Below, in pieces: positions 1 through 42,026 of a DNA stretch of 64,000 bases. The position numbers were made by a program, and so were the translations under genes. The notes below the pieces were generated by a model. It did not search any database, was not told the DNA's origin, and was given only the letters and a program-made list of their open reading frames with translations. This DNA is from Macrostomum lignano. Its lineage: Eukaryota. Location: contig NIVC01002735.1 in NCBI GenBank assembly GCA_002269645.1, positions 1 to 64,000 on the forward strand, in the 5' to 3' direction. Each line of letters starts with the position of its first letter. Position 1 is the first letter of the stretch.

Positions 1-83
1 GTTGCCAGTGACAACATATTGCTGTTTTGTGTTATGAGGGCGCAGTCGACCTGTGTGCGTGCATTGGGCGAGAGTTCGGTGAG

Positions 84-654
<571 letters not shown>

Positions 655-672
655 CAGCAAGCCTAATCTCAC

Positions 673-29315
<28,643 letters not shown>

Positions 29316-32300
29316 GGCTATGTCTTTCTTCTTTGTCTCTTTTTCTCTATATCTGCTTTTTATAGCTGTACTTTAAGATGTGACGATGCTAAATGCTATA
29401 CTGTTAAGTTACAAGTCGTTCTCTTACATGTCCGCACACGCAACTCTCGAGCTACCAGAAGATGTTGTTATTTTTTTACTAATAACGTGTTTCTTTTTTC
29501 TTGACCAAAAGCAGGCAAAAGCAGAAGCAGCTGAGCTTTAAACAACAAAAGCTCTGGGTTTCCAGCGCGCGCCCTCCACCCCCCGGTGCGTTAGCAAGAG
29601 GCTATAGGTGGAGTAGCTCGGGGCTTGGCTATTGGACCCGGGGGCACCCTATTGAAATGCCAGCACCCTCCGTGCGCACGCACAGCTTATTAGAAAAAAC
29701 TTTCCTTCCGAAGGGTAAAAATGCTTTGACTGGGGTTGAAAGAATGAGAAAAATGCAAGGGGGCTCGTCTACTATAGAATATTCCAATTGAAACGCAAGT
29801 ACTCGGTACCTCAGAGGACTCAAAACAGCAGGGCTGAGCACAGACTCAGAGCCAGATTGCTGGCGCGTGGCTATAAGAAGTCGGAATTCAATAAAGAAAA
29901 GAAGACTATAGGGGCCAAATAAATGTTTATGACCCCGCTCTATAATAAAGCGAGTTTCTTAGCGAGCACAGTTGGGTGAGGTAGGATAAGGTGACTCTGT
30001 TTAATGCAGCTTTGGCCAGCTCTGCCCAGACTCTGCAGTCTGCTGAAGAGTTGAGTGCTTAAAATAAAAATCAAACAGCAAGCTGCTTTATTTGGCTTCT
30101 CTCTGTCTTTGTCGTGTTGACTTGTCGTTTCGTCGTTTCTTTCGCCAGATGAATTTTGTGGGCGGGGCGAACAGTCAAAAGTTGGGATTGACAGCTCGTA
30201 GCAGCTTGCGAGGCCTGTGATTGTCCTGCTATTGAGATTCTTCTGATGCTGGCTCTTGTAGGTTGACTGTCTGTCAGGTGCCAGTGACTCAGTGGCGACA
30301 GCTTGCGACCTCTCGGGTCAGTCGGGTCTCCTCCACCCGAACAACTTTCAATTGGGATCTGTTAGTAGCGTAGCGGCCTGTGTGCTCCTAGACGGCGCAT
30401 TTTTAGCGTCCTAAAAATCCCCACTCCCAGTTAGTGCAAAACATTGTCTAGCGAACATTGGATTTCGCTGGGAAGGCAGTTCACTATACTCTTACAGGGG
30501 AGGAGTCCCAACTCAGTCCTGCAAGTACAGGGTTGCAAATCGTAATGGAGAGAAGCAGGCGGGGAGGCGGGGAGTTCAATGTACATAGGATTCACTGCGA
30601 CGTACATTGATTTGGAGGGGTTTTCCAGTCCAGCCGGTGACGCTTTTACATTCCTCGCAAAACCCCCACCCCTCCCCAGATAGCGGCCAGACCCCAGCCC
30701 CCCGCCCTAAAACCTCCGCGCACAACCGAGATGGGGTGGTGGGCGAGGCCGACACAGGCCGAGAGAAAGGGAGAGAGGGCTTAAGGCATCACCCTCTTAC
30801 CCAGTCGTCTACCTTCCTACCGTACAATCGGTTGTTGTATAGCCTTAAATATGCCTCTGCTGCTTCAGAGCCAAAATAGGTAAAAAAAGCAACCATATAT
30901 TCTTGCCTTATGCCGGTCCCGCCAACCAAATTTTTATTTTAGTCCGCCTTCCATCGATGAGTCATCGAACATCGTCAGTCGCTACTGTCCATATTTGTTG
31001 CCGCTGCCATTGGAGGTCATTGAAAGGAAATTGTTGCCAGAACTATTTTCAGCCCCGAGATGTGCGGGGGTTCGCTTATTTCACACAAGCTGCTGCCGCT
31101 GACAGTTTTCATGGGATGGGATTCAGGAAGGAATTAGGGAGACGCAAAAATCCCAACGACAGAATTTGCGGACAGCGCAGCAAGGGAGGTGGGATTTATT
31201 AGCGAAGGAATGCAGGGACTGGCAGTCAAAATGCGTGTCTAGACTGACAGTGCTATGTTCTGTAAACAGAAATCGCCTACTGCTATTATTTTCCCTAGCC
31301 ACTGGGTGAGCGAAATTGGTGGCAGTTTTTATCATTCAATAAAAACATTCCTGACTGGGGAATTTCGCTTCATTATAGTCATACACGTGGCGCACGGGTT
31401 TATGGTCTCTTAATTGAGGCGGCCACGCTTCTAACGGCATGATGACTAAGACTGCTGGGTCTAGCTTAAGTACGGTAATTAAGTAACAAAATTTGCTTCA
31501 GCAAAAAGCCCTCCAATTATGAGCCTTGAGACTCTTAAGTGCAGCTGGTAGATTTTTCTCACAGCCACTGCTGTGACTGGGTTAGGCTTAAAACACCAGT
31601 TGATTGAGCTCATGCTCAAGCAGAAGACACAAATATGAAGTCAAGAAAATCTAAAATTGTTGGGTTGAGCGCGTATACGCTGGCATACCCAAAGAACGTC
31701 ATTTTCTTCATTCATTTCTTCTAACTCTGGGTCCGGGCTTGACCAACTTCTCATTTTGAATAGTCAGCTGTGGAAGAAAGTGTGACTGAAATGCTGCACA
31801 TTTTAAGAATGCTATTAATTTCTAGTTGACTTCAGTTGGCTTCTGTGAAAGTTTTTGTAACGAGTTGACGTTGGGTATAGGAGTTAAGGGTGCTCACGCG
31901 AAACAATGGATCGATTTCACTCATCGTCATGATTATGACAGGTTAAATATGAACATTAAAAACAATGCTGTAAATGAGAGAGCTTTACCTGTACTGCCAG
32001 TAGACAGAACAGCTGACGACTCCAATAGCAGAGTGGAAACAGATATCCAGAGAAGCACCGGGTGCAGTGCCAGTAAGGGCACACCAGTCGACATTCCAGT
32101 CTTCGAATAACCGAGGCTATGCAATACACAATTCCAGCGGTGCAACAGATAACCGTCGTGAAATCTCTAGCAGCAGGTGGTCCGTCACAGATGCATATGT
32201 AGACCAGTTCTATTTGTTTCCTTTCACTGCAGCAAGTGTTCAGCAGTTTCCTATGCTTCCACCAAAATTCCCTCACTCTCCCTAACTTATATAGGCAAAA

Positions 32301-35300
32301 AAGGTTTAGACAAAAATTATTAGGAGCCACACAGGAAGTGGCGAGGAGGGCAACTAACGGTATAGGCCTAGCGGAGTCATGGAATAAAATCCGACAGCAC
32401 TACGGTGGTTGCTGGTGCAGGCATTGGAGAGAGGGAGCAGACCGGAGGATAAGGAGGGGTAAGGTTAGCTATATAACGGGTTGGATGAAGGATGCTGCTG
32501 ATGGGGCCGAGGTATTCAAGGGGCTCGGTTGGCTGGGCCGAGGGCTGCTGGATAGCTACTAAGCTTGGCCCGTCCTATCGACTGTCTTGCGCCAGTTCCC
32601 TCCATTTTTTCGCCCACTCACTCTGCCTATATCGCTCTGTCTGTGGCAAGCGCCATTATTGTATAAGCCATTGCATCCAGGGGTGTAAATCCTCGCCACT
32701 ACGTTGTTTGCTTCGTTTTTCTGCAGCAAATTCTCCACTGTCTGCTCTGTGCAGCTCTTTCAGCCGACTAATGCCTTCTTTTTCCGTATGACATTGTCGT
32801 GTGGAACTGCTTAACTGAGTTAACGTTGCCGTGATTCCTTACGGATTTGCAACGCGGAAGTCCAAAGCGAACAACTTTATTACCATAACAACAAAAAACA
32901 GGAAGGCTGCAGTCAGACACAGCCTCCTAGTTTCTGCTTAAATCAGGAATAGCTGAAACAAATTAAACCATAGCGAATTTGATGTGTGGCCGTCTGTTAC
33001 AAACGTATACGCGGTTTAAAAGCAAAAGCAAATAACCAAATGTAATTAGTCAGTGTACCACCTCGAGTCAAGTTTGTCTCCATACAAAAGTTCCGTTTTG
33101 CAATAGTAGTTTTTGGTTAAGCTACGGAGCAGCGTCTACTTATTTGAATATTGAATATAGTTACTTCCCGTTGAAGGATTTCAATGAAATTTCAGCATCC
33201 AATTCGATCGATTCAAGCTCCAGGCTCGTGCTGTATACGGCACTGTTCCTGTGTTCCTCGACTGCTCGTTTTGGACAGCCAGTGCAGAAAGAGTCGACCC
33301 CAGGTGGATGCAATTTAAAGTGTTGGTCATTTTTTACTGCTATCCGGTTGTAAAATACAGCAGAAAGTTTTTACACTGCTGTGTGACAAGAGGATTGGAC
33401 TGCAGTACTGTTGGGGATATCGTATATTTGACAGTGTATGTAGTAGGCTTATGCATTTCTACTATAGTAAGAGTTGTGGGCGATCCGATGGTAGTTTGCC
33501 AGCTGGCTGTAAACCGTGCTGGACACTTCTGGACACTGCCAAGCCGCAGTAACTGGTCAGAGTCGGGGCTGATATTTTCTTCGGATTTTGTTTCTTGTAA
33601 AAATGCTAATCAGCACAGCTTAAGTCATAAAATCGCTGCTGTCACCCGGAAGGTACGCCAACTCACCTCAGAAGTGAAACCAGCAGGATAAACTGCTTTC
33701 CCGGAACACCTACGCACCTGCATATGCTATAGTTGGAGAGATGTCATGACACAACTGTTAAAGAAAGCCAGTTGTGCATATGGGGAGAAAAATGAATGGG
33801 AGAAGTTATATTTCCGTATGTAGGGGCACAGGCGTACTTAAGGTGGCGAGAAATCTAGTAGGGTGTTTATATTGGCAGCCTATAGATCTCCACCCATCCT
33901 TTGGGCCTTGCATCGCGGCAAGCTTGACTTCTAAACCAATTACTACGACCGTTTGTGCACTGTTTACAACTCGAATGCCAGGATAAATAAACCAAAGTCA
34001 GTTGGCATTGGCGACCATCAACTAGTTCATCAATATTATTCTCAGAATCCATGAAGCTAAAGTCCTGTGCAGCGTTTTAAAAAATGATGGCTGCATCATG
34101 GAGATATGGTTTGGTTTCTTAAGGCTGTAGACACACGAAATATACGAGAGCCATACATATAACTTGCACGCATGATTTCTTCTTTTAGAAGACTGAGAGG
34201 TATAAAATACTCGTACTTTCTTCTTAAACTTTAACCCTATTTTATCTATACGACGTTCCGAAATCGTCATCTTTATGCAGTTTTTTTCATCTCAAAATAA
34301 AAGAAAAACAAATCAGATTCATCCCTCCGAATGAACGGCCTCTTGTACTGCAAGTACTTGCCAACTTATGAGAAACACACGAGCTCCAAATCCTTTTTAA
34401 GCATAGCTGGGAGCTTTTTATCCAATTAGTCTCCGTAAAAAGGAAATAACGTATTGTACCTGCCCATATATACGAGTAGATGTATACGATATGTGATACA
34501 GCCTAACGTATTGTACCTGCCCATATATACGAGTAGATGTATACGATATATATCGTATATATAGGCAGGTACAATACGTTAGGCTGTATCGCATATTTGG
34601 CTATAGTAAGAACACCATGCCAATTCAGTATACATCCTACTTTCAGTAGGCTGTTCAGTTCAGCACTTCATAGCAAAGTTTTCAGCCAGTTTGCTCTTAC
34701 GAGTACAAGCCTCAATGATTCTTGCATGGATTAAATAATCATTTTTATGGCAAAATGTTGTAGCTACCTCATTAATATTCAATAGATATATTGCAAGTAC
34801 CATCGTCCACTTCCCACTATTTGGTTGCACTTTTAGCTAAACTTTTCAGCTTTCAATCTAAAGAATATGAGAATTGAATAAATTTAGTCCGTCTGACTAT
34901 GAGCTCTCAATATTTGCTAAACAGCTGCTTGAGTTACAGTAATCTACTTTTTTCTATTTGTCGAGCTATTTCTCCATTGGCCTGTGGAAGTTCTCTGCTT
35001 CATGCATCTTTTTAAGCCTTGTAGTTCTGTGTGCTTACGCATAAATGATTTAACCAGGTAAAAGTCACATCATTTTCTTTGAGCAGCGTGTCCGGCGCAC
35101 ATATACTGTACGTAGGAGTATATGAACGATTTTCCACCTCCAAAATACACTTTGCGCTCTTGCAGAATTCGATTTTCGTTGCACAGTCAGACTCTGTCAA
35201 TTAGCATTTATTAGAGCTGGCTAACTGTAAAGCGAATTTCAATTTCCAGACGCTGTGTCCCCTGAAATTGCTTTCGTCGAGAAAAGTTGGTAGAACTGCT

Positions 35301-36883
35301 ACATGAATAATTTTATGCATCACTGAGCGGCCACAAACTAGTACTCGTAAGTACTAGACGTCAGGACCATCATAAGCGTTCACTTCGTGACGCTTTACTC
35401 TAGTGGGCCAGAAAGTTTTTCGAATTCCTATAGCCTGTCCTATACAGCAGATCAGTAAATTGGACTGGGTCTTCTGCGAAATCCCTCTAGCCAATTGCCT
35501 ACCGAACTGGCCGAATGGGGGAGGGGATGTTCCGTGCTGTTGAATCCCCGGAGAAGTGGCAAAAAAGAAGCAACTATAGCCATACAGGAGACACCCCTGG
35601 GAGAAAAGAGGTACAGAAGGGAAATAGGAGATTCATGAAAGGGAATTGTGAGATTTGAAGCTGTCAGACATTTCTTAACTCAACTACTGCAGCAGCTACC
35701 CAGCTAGCTTTTGTTTATCTATTAGAGTTGACATTTATTATGCTCGTATGCTACCACGTTTCTTCAATTCTTGATGAATCTCAGCCATCTTGAACTGTAC
35801 GAGTCTGTCTAGGATTGATTGGTACCGACCGGGAGAAAGCCAAAGTGCATTCGGAAAGCCTGAAGCCGAAACTCAAACAGGACGGGTGAGCTTTGATTCC
35901 CCCCCAGCCGACCCCAGCTTCACCAAGCAATTCCCAGCGGGAGTCAAGCTGTTCTCTGATTCGGTTTTCAGTTTTGCAAAGAAATCCCTGAGCCCGTCTC
36001 CCAAGCTTAGGCTGCAGTCTAGCTGCCTGCTCGGGCTTGGCTTTTCCTCCGGACCAGAAGATAACTGGGCGAGATCGAACTCATAATGAATCTGCAATGC
36101 TATTTGGCCAGGCCGGGCTCTCCTATCGCCTTGGCTAATTCTGCCCTCGCTGCATAATGCGGCAAACTGGGCAGATGGGTCTGACTGGCCCCGAGATGCT
36201 TCACACTGGCTGTCGGCTGAGGAGCTGAGGAGAAACCGGTTTTAACCGGCCGTATGGCTCCCGCTCTGTTCTTCTTTTTGATACTTTATACGGTGTGGAC
36301 TTTGACGCCTCGATAATCAAGGCGGTTTCTCGAGAGTGCACGTTCCATAAGCTTTGCACTTGATTACTGTCCATACAGATCGGCATCTCTATGCAATATT
36401 TAACGATATAAAGGGATATTCCCCGGCAGCAGTTGAATAAGACGAAGCCGCAAGGAGCGGCACGGACCTTCCAGGATCACTATGTGAACTGCACCGAGAC
36501 CCGACGCTTCGTGGCCAAGTTGCCGCAGCATCCGTCGCTACACGGCTTTAAGTTCATGCAATTGCTGCCTGAGAATAACCGTTTATATCCTTATCATCAC
36601 CTTTGAATTTGTGTAAGAAGAACTTCTGACTCGACTCTGAGGCTGAGAAACACTTTCTATTGAAGAAATATTCAAAAGAGCAAAATATTCATGTTTTTCA
36701 AGACCCACAACTATACTTTTACACGCGTCGAAGTTTCGAAAACTGTCATGTGGAATGGTATTATCTCCCCGGTCATGTTTTCATGGAAAATGCCCACGAG
36801 CCTTCTTTTAGATGGTGCAGTTTGTCGCTTTGTCAGCCTCTTTGGCAACTCCGATGCTTCCGCATAAATAGGCACCTTGAAGC

Positions 36884-37344
36884 NNNNNNNNNNNNNNNNN
36901 NNNNNNNNNNNNNNNNNNNNNNNNNNNNNNNNNNNNNNNNNNNNNNNNNNNNNNNNNNNNNNNNNNNNNNNNNNNNNNNNNNNNNNNNNNNNNNNNNNNN
37001 NNNNNNNNNNNNNNNNNNNNNNNNNNNNNNNNNNNNNNNNNNNNNNNNNNNNNNNNNNNNNNNNNNNNNNNNNNNNNNNNNNNNNNNNNNNNNNNNNNNN
37101 NNNNNNNNNNNNNNNNNNNNNNNNNNNNNNNNNNNNNNNNNNNNNNNNNNNNNNNNNNNNNNNNNNNNNNNNNNNNNNNNNNNNNNNNNNNNNNNNNNNN
37201 NNNNNNNNNNNNNNNNNNNNNNNNNNNNNNNNNNNNNNNNNNNNNNNNNNNNNNNNNNNNNNNNNNNNNNNNNNNNNNNNNNNNNNNNNNNNNNNNNNNN
37301 NNNNNNNNNNNNNNNNNNNNNNNNNNNNNNNNNNNNNNNNNNNN
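36884..37344. other. Assembly gap (461 N)
   Basis: Run of n. Confidence 1.
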
Positions 37345-37399
37345 CAAACGTTTTACTCCAGAGCAAAATAGGACCCAGCGCATGACTGCAGGCCAGAGG

Positions 37400-37920
37400 A
37401 GGGGAGAGAGGAGAGGAATAGAAAAGAGAAATATAAGAAAAAAGAGGCGAGAGAATAAGTGACGAGAGATGGCGAGAGGAGAGAAGAGATTAACTAGGAG
37501 AGGAAAGAAGGAGAGAGAAGGAGAGGAGAGGAGAGAGAGAGAGAGGAGAGAGAGAAGAGGAGATGAGAGGAGGGAAAGGAGAGGAGAGAAGAGAGAGGAG
37601 AGGAGAGAAGAGAGTGGAGGAGAGAGAGAAGAGAAGAGAGGAGAGGAGAGAAGAGAGAGGAGAGGAGAGGAGAGAGAGGAGAGGAGAGAAGATAAGAGAA
37701 GAGAAGAGAGGAGGAGAGAGAGAGGAGAGGAGAGAATAAGAGAGAGGAGAGGAGAGGAGAGGAGAGAAGAGGAGAGAAGATAAGAGAAGAGAGGAGAGGA
37801 GAGGAGAGAAAAGATGAGAGAAAAGAAGAGATGAGAGAGAGAGGAGAGGACAGGAGAGAGGAGAGAGGAATGAAGGAGAGGAGAGAAGAGAAAGGTGAGA
37901 GAAGAGAGCTAAGAAGAGAC
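37400..37920. repeat. GA-rich low-complexity tract (GAGAG-like)
   Basis: Direct reading. Confidence 0.92.
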
Positions 37921-37929
37921 ACAAACATT

Positions 37930-38033
37930 GAGCGGGCCGCATTGCTATTGTGAAGATTCAAAGCACCCGAGGGCCGGATAGAGAGGCTTTGCGGGCCGCA
38001 TGTGGCCGGCGGGCCGGAGTGTGCCGACCTCTG
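37930..38033. mobile_element. Terminal fragment of a hAT (Charlie/SPIN-like) DNA transposon or MITE
   Basis: Minus strand reads CAGAGGTCGGCACACTCCGGCCCGCCGGCCACATGCGGCCCGC, typical of Charlie-type ends; the partner end was not found. Confidence 0.6.
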
Positions 38034-38072
38034 GCATAGAAACACAAACCTAAAACCGAACCCTAATCCTAC

Positions 38073-38272
38073 TGTAAGACCGTGGGTTGAATTGCAGTGA
38101 CGAACACAACACGTGAGGAGACCTCACTGGCTCACGCCAATATATTTAATATACCAAAGTTGGGGTGGGTGTAACCACCCCAAGCACGCACACGCTGCAG
38201 CTCTAAACGCCATCCCCCAAAACAGCCAGACGTGCACATCTAAGTGCACGCGCACCAACAAGCCAGCCTACA
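38073..38272 (-). repeat. 3' LTR of Gypsy element
   Basis: Identical by eye to 42829-43028; adjacent to the PPT; ATTAAA within the LTR on the element strand. Confidence 0.95.
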
Positions 38273-38285
38273 CTACTTTCCCCCT
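38273..38285 (-). promoter_or_regulatory. Polypurine tract
   Basis: AGGGGGAAAGTAG directly before the 3' LTR on the element strand. Confidence 0.88.
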
Positions 38286-38308
38286 AGAAACAAAAGACAG
38301 TTCCAGAG

Positions 38309-41300
38309 TCAAGCAAAGCCCGCCATGTACAAGTCAGGTGGCCGCCGCTCTCTCGCCGACCGCCGCGGAACCGTTACCGGCTCAGCCGGTGCCGCCGGCT
38401 GCTCCTCGGGTGCCTCGTCTGCCTGCAGCTCGGGCCAGAAGGTCACCGTGTCGCCGTCAGGATCGGCCGCCTGCCGGGCGGCTCAGCGGCGGTGCCGTCG
38501 TTGTCGGAGTCCGCGGCCGGCGGCTGGTGGTCTGCCGCGGCCGGAAGCTCCAGTGACGCCCGTCGCTGCACGAAGCGCTTGAGGCGGTCGTGGTGCACCA
38601 CCAGCCGGCGCCTGCGGCCGGTCTCGTCCTGGATGCGGTAATTGACCTCGCCCAGGCGCCTCAGGACTCGGTACGGCCCCTTCCACTTGGCGCTCAGGCA
38701 CCGCGTCTGGCCGCGCTTGACGACGGAGTTGCGCAGCATCACGAGCTGGCCCTCTTCGAACGGCACGAACCGAGAGTCCTGGTTGGCCAGCCGGTTGCGC
38801 TCGACCTGGGCGCTCCGCAGTCGGCCGTGCACCGTGTCGAAAGCGCTCTGCAGGTTCTCCTGAGTCCGCTGCAGAAAGCCGTGATGTCCACCGTCGGCTG
38901 CCGGCCGGTCGCCGCTTATCAGCCAGCTGTCGAGATCCAGCCTCGGTGGCCAGCCGTGGAGGACCTGGTACGGACTGAGGCCGGTGGTGCTGTGCACGGA
39001 GGTGTTGTAGGCCCAGGTCACATACGGCAGCTTGCTGTCCCAATCCTGCTGGTTCTCGGCCACCGTCGTCGCCAGCATATCGCCGAGCGTCCGGTTGCCT
39101 CGCTCGACGATTCCGTTGCCACTCGGATGAAACGGCGACGTGCGCGTCTTTTCAACGCCCAGCTGCTCGCAGAGCCGGCCGAACACCTCGCTCTCGAATT
39201 GCCGTCCCTGGTCACTGTGCAGCACCTGAGGAGCGCCGTGACGCAGAACCACCGACTTGAGCAGTGCATCCGCCACCGTCACCGCGTCGATCGCCGCCAG
39301 GGCTGCCGTCTCCATCCACTTGGAAAAGGCGTCGCACATGCTCAGGATGTACGCCTTGCCATCAGTCGTACGCGGAAGCGGCCCTTTGATGTCGATCTGC
39401 ACCAGCTGCCACGGAGCCGTCGGCTGGCACGTCGACTGTAGCGGCGCCTTCTGCGGCTTGGTTGGACACTTCTTGGCCAGGCAGACCGCGCAGCTGGCCA
39501 CCCAGTTCTCGACGTCCCGTCGCAGACCAGGCCACCAGCAGCGCTCAGACAATCTCGCTCCGGTCCTGTCGACGCCGAGGTGTCCGCTCTGGTCGCACGA
39601 GTGCGCCTGCTGCAGAAAATGCGGCCGCAGGTGACCGGGAATAACTGGCCGGCCACCCACCAGCAGGACACCCGCCGAGCTCACCGAGGCCTCGTCCAGC
39701 AGCTCGCGAACCTGCGCCGCCCACGAATCGGACAGGCTGTCAATCCCTTCGGTCAGTGCCTGGAACGCCTTGCTCAGCAGCGGGTCTTGCAGTTGCTCCT
39801 CGTGCAGGCGGCTGTCGTCCCACCGAGGCTGCAGGCGCGTGCCGGCCACCCGGCTCAGCGCATCCGGCACGACGTTGTCCCTGCCAGGCCGGTACAGCAG
39901 CTCGAACGAAAACTGCTGCAGCGTAGAAAGCCATCGCGCCAGCCGACCTTCGGGGTCCTTCGTTGTCAGCAGACCTTGCAGTGGCCGGTGGTCCGAGTAG
40001 ACTCTGAAGCTCGAGACACTCAGCAGGTACGTCCTGAAGTGCTTCAGACTCCAGACCAGCGCCAGCAGCTCGCGGTCGGTCGCCGAGTAGTTGCGCTCGG
40101 CCTTGTTGAGGGTGCGAGAGGCGAACGCCACAGGCAGCTCGGCGTCACCGTGCAGCTGGCTGAGCACCGCGCCGACGGCGAACTGACTGCTGTCGCAGCT
40201 GAGCACGAACTGCTTGGTAAAATCCGGCAGCCTCAGCACCGGAGCCATCGTCAGCCGGTCCTTCAACTCGCGGAACGCTCGCTCGCAGTCGCTGCTCCAC
40301 GCGAAGTCCCTCGATTTCACGCTGACGTCGTGCAGGACCCTCGCCGTCTGGCTGAAGCCTGGGATGAACCGACGGTAGAACCCCAGCATTCCAAGAAACC
40401 GCTTCACCTCCTCGGTCGTCGTTGGGCTGGGCATGCTGCGAATGGCATCGACCTTGCCGGGATCCGGGGCAATGCCCTGCTCGCTGATCAGGTGTCCCAG
40501 GTACAGCACCCGGCGATGGCCGAACGCGCTCTTGGCCTTGTGCAGCTTGAGTCCCGCGTCTCGCAACCGCTTAAAAACTTCCGCCAGCCTCTCTAAGTGC
40601 TCGTCGAACGTCCTGCTGAAGACAATGATGTCGTCGATATAAGTCAGCACGGACTCCCAGGACAGGCCGGACATCACCAGCTCCATGAGCCGCTGGAACG
40701 TCGCCGGGCATTGCACATCCCGAAGCCCATCTTGCAGAATTGCATCAGGCCGCGCGTCGAATAGAAAGCCGTCTTGTACCGGTCCTCCTCCGCCACCTCC
40801 ACCTGGTGGTAGCCCTGCCGGCAGTCGATGGTGGAGAACCAGGAGCATCCGACAAGCGCATCCATGGCCTGCTGCAGGTGCGGCAGCGGGTACGCATCCT
40901 TGACCGTGCAGGCGTTGAGCTGCCGCCAGTCCGTGCACAGTCTGATGTCGCCGTTCTTCTTGCGGACCACCAGCAGGTTGCTGGCCCATGGTGATGTCGA
41001 CGGCTCGATGATGCCGCTTTCCAGCATCTGGCCGATCTTCTTGTCCACCTGTTCTCGCACAGACAGCGGCAGCCGGCGCTGGACCTGCCGGTGTGGCCGC
41101 GCTCCCGGCTCCAGCTCGATCTGGTGCTGCAGCAACGCCGTCGTGCCCAGGTCGTACTCGTGCCTGGCGAACAGGTCCTCGTTGCTCTCCAGTAGCTGTC
41201 GCAGCCTCGCAGCATCCGGTTCGGGCAGCTCCGCGTTTATGTTCCAACCGACAGGGTTCTCCTGGGCCGCCTCCTGGCGACCGTCCCCGTCTGTCATCGC

Positions 41301-42026
41301 GCCTTCGAACGTGCCAACCGCCTTGTTGGCGTACAGCAGCACGGGCTCCTCTGCCAGGTTGCACATTTTCACCGGGATGCGGCAGTCGTCCGAGACCGCC
41401 AGCACGCGGGCCGGCAGGACGGCAGTGGACTTCACGAAGTCCTCAGACGGCTCAAAGACTCCCTGCTCGCCGCTGGAATCCACCTTGAGCCACACCAGCT
41501 TCTCGCTGCGGGCGGGCAACTCCGTAGTTGCCGCCACCCGCGCCACCAGGACACTCGGCACCAGGCAACAGTCTGCTCTAGCCGGCTCGCTGCTGAAAGG
41601 CACAGCTGTGCTGTCGAACCTGACGACGCCTTCTTTAATGTCAATGGTCATCGCCTGCGACACCTCGCCGATGAAGTCCATGCCGATGATCAGGCTGGGC
41701 TGGATGCCGTCCACGACTGTGAAGCGATGGCACACGCGGATGGTCTGGCCGATCGAAACATCCGCTGCTGACAGGCCGCCAAGGCAGCGCAGCCGGGATC
41801 CGTCGACGGCCGTCGGCAGCGCACCGATGTCGGTGGAGTCGATCTTGCACTGCAGTCTGTCGAACAGCGACTTGTCCATCAACGAAACTTGCGCGCCGGT
41901 GTCGAGCAGAGCAGGCGCTGACACGCTGCCAAAGTGCACCTTCACGAAGACTGAAGGCGCTGATCTGAGGGCCCCTTTTGAGCGGGTCGGTGCTGGCCCC
42001 AGGCTGCCGACCCTCAGAAGTTTCCC
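38309..42026 (-). CDS. pol: Gypsy Pol (protease, RT, RNase H, integrase), -1 frame relative to gag, with two 1-nt frameshifts
   Basis: LLDTGAQVS; PWASNLLVVRKKNG.IRLC.D.R.LN; YIDDIIVFS; CDSSQFAVGAVL; HSC..GHLG..CAVC; SDQGRQFES; NGIVERGNR; WKGPYRV; C-terminal RRSARERRPPDLY in a shifted frame, stop at 38309. Confidence 0.93.
41969..42026 (-). promoter_or_regulatory. Putative -1 ribosomal frameshift signal (slippery heptamer plus pseudoknot)
   Basis: G GGA AAC in the gag frame at 42026-42020; 6-nt spacer; stems GGGTCGG/CCGACCC and GGGCC/GGCCC. Confidence 0.72.

Noticed and set aside
36660-37385. ORFs spanning the N run
   Set aside because: Their length is an artefact of X codons.
37345-37392. 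Strong acceptor after the CT-rich tract as the missing FBXL4 final exon
   Set aside because: The phase-2 reading (SHALGPILLWSKTF) does not resemble an LRR continuation, and only ~47 nt are visible before the gap.
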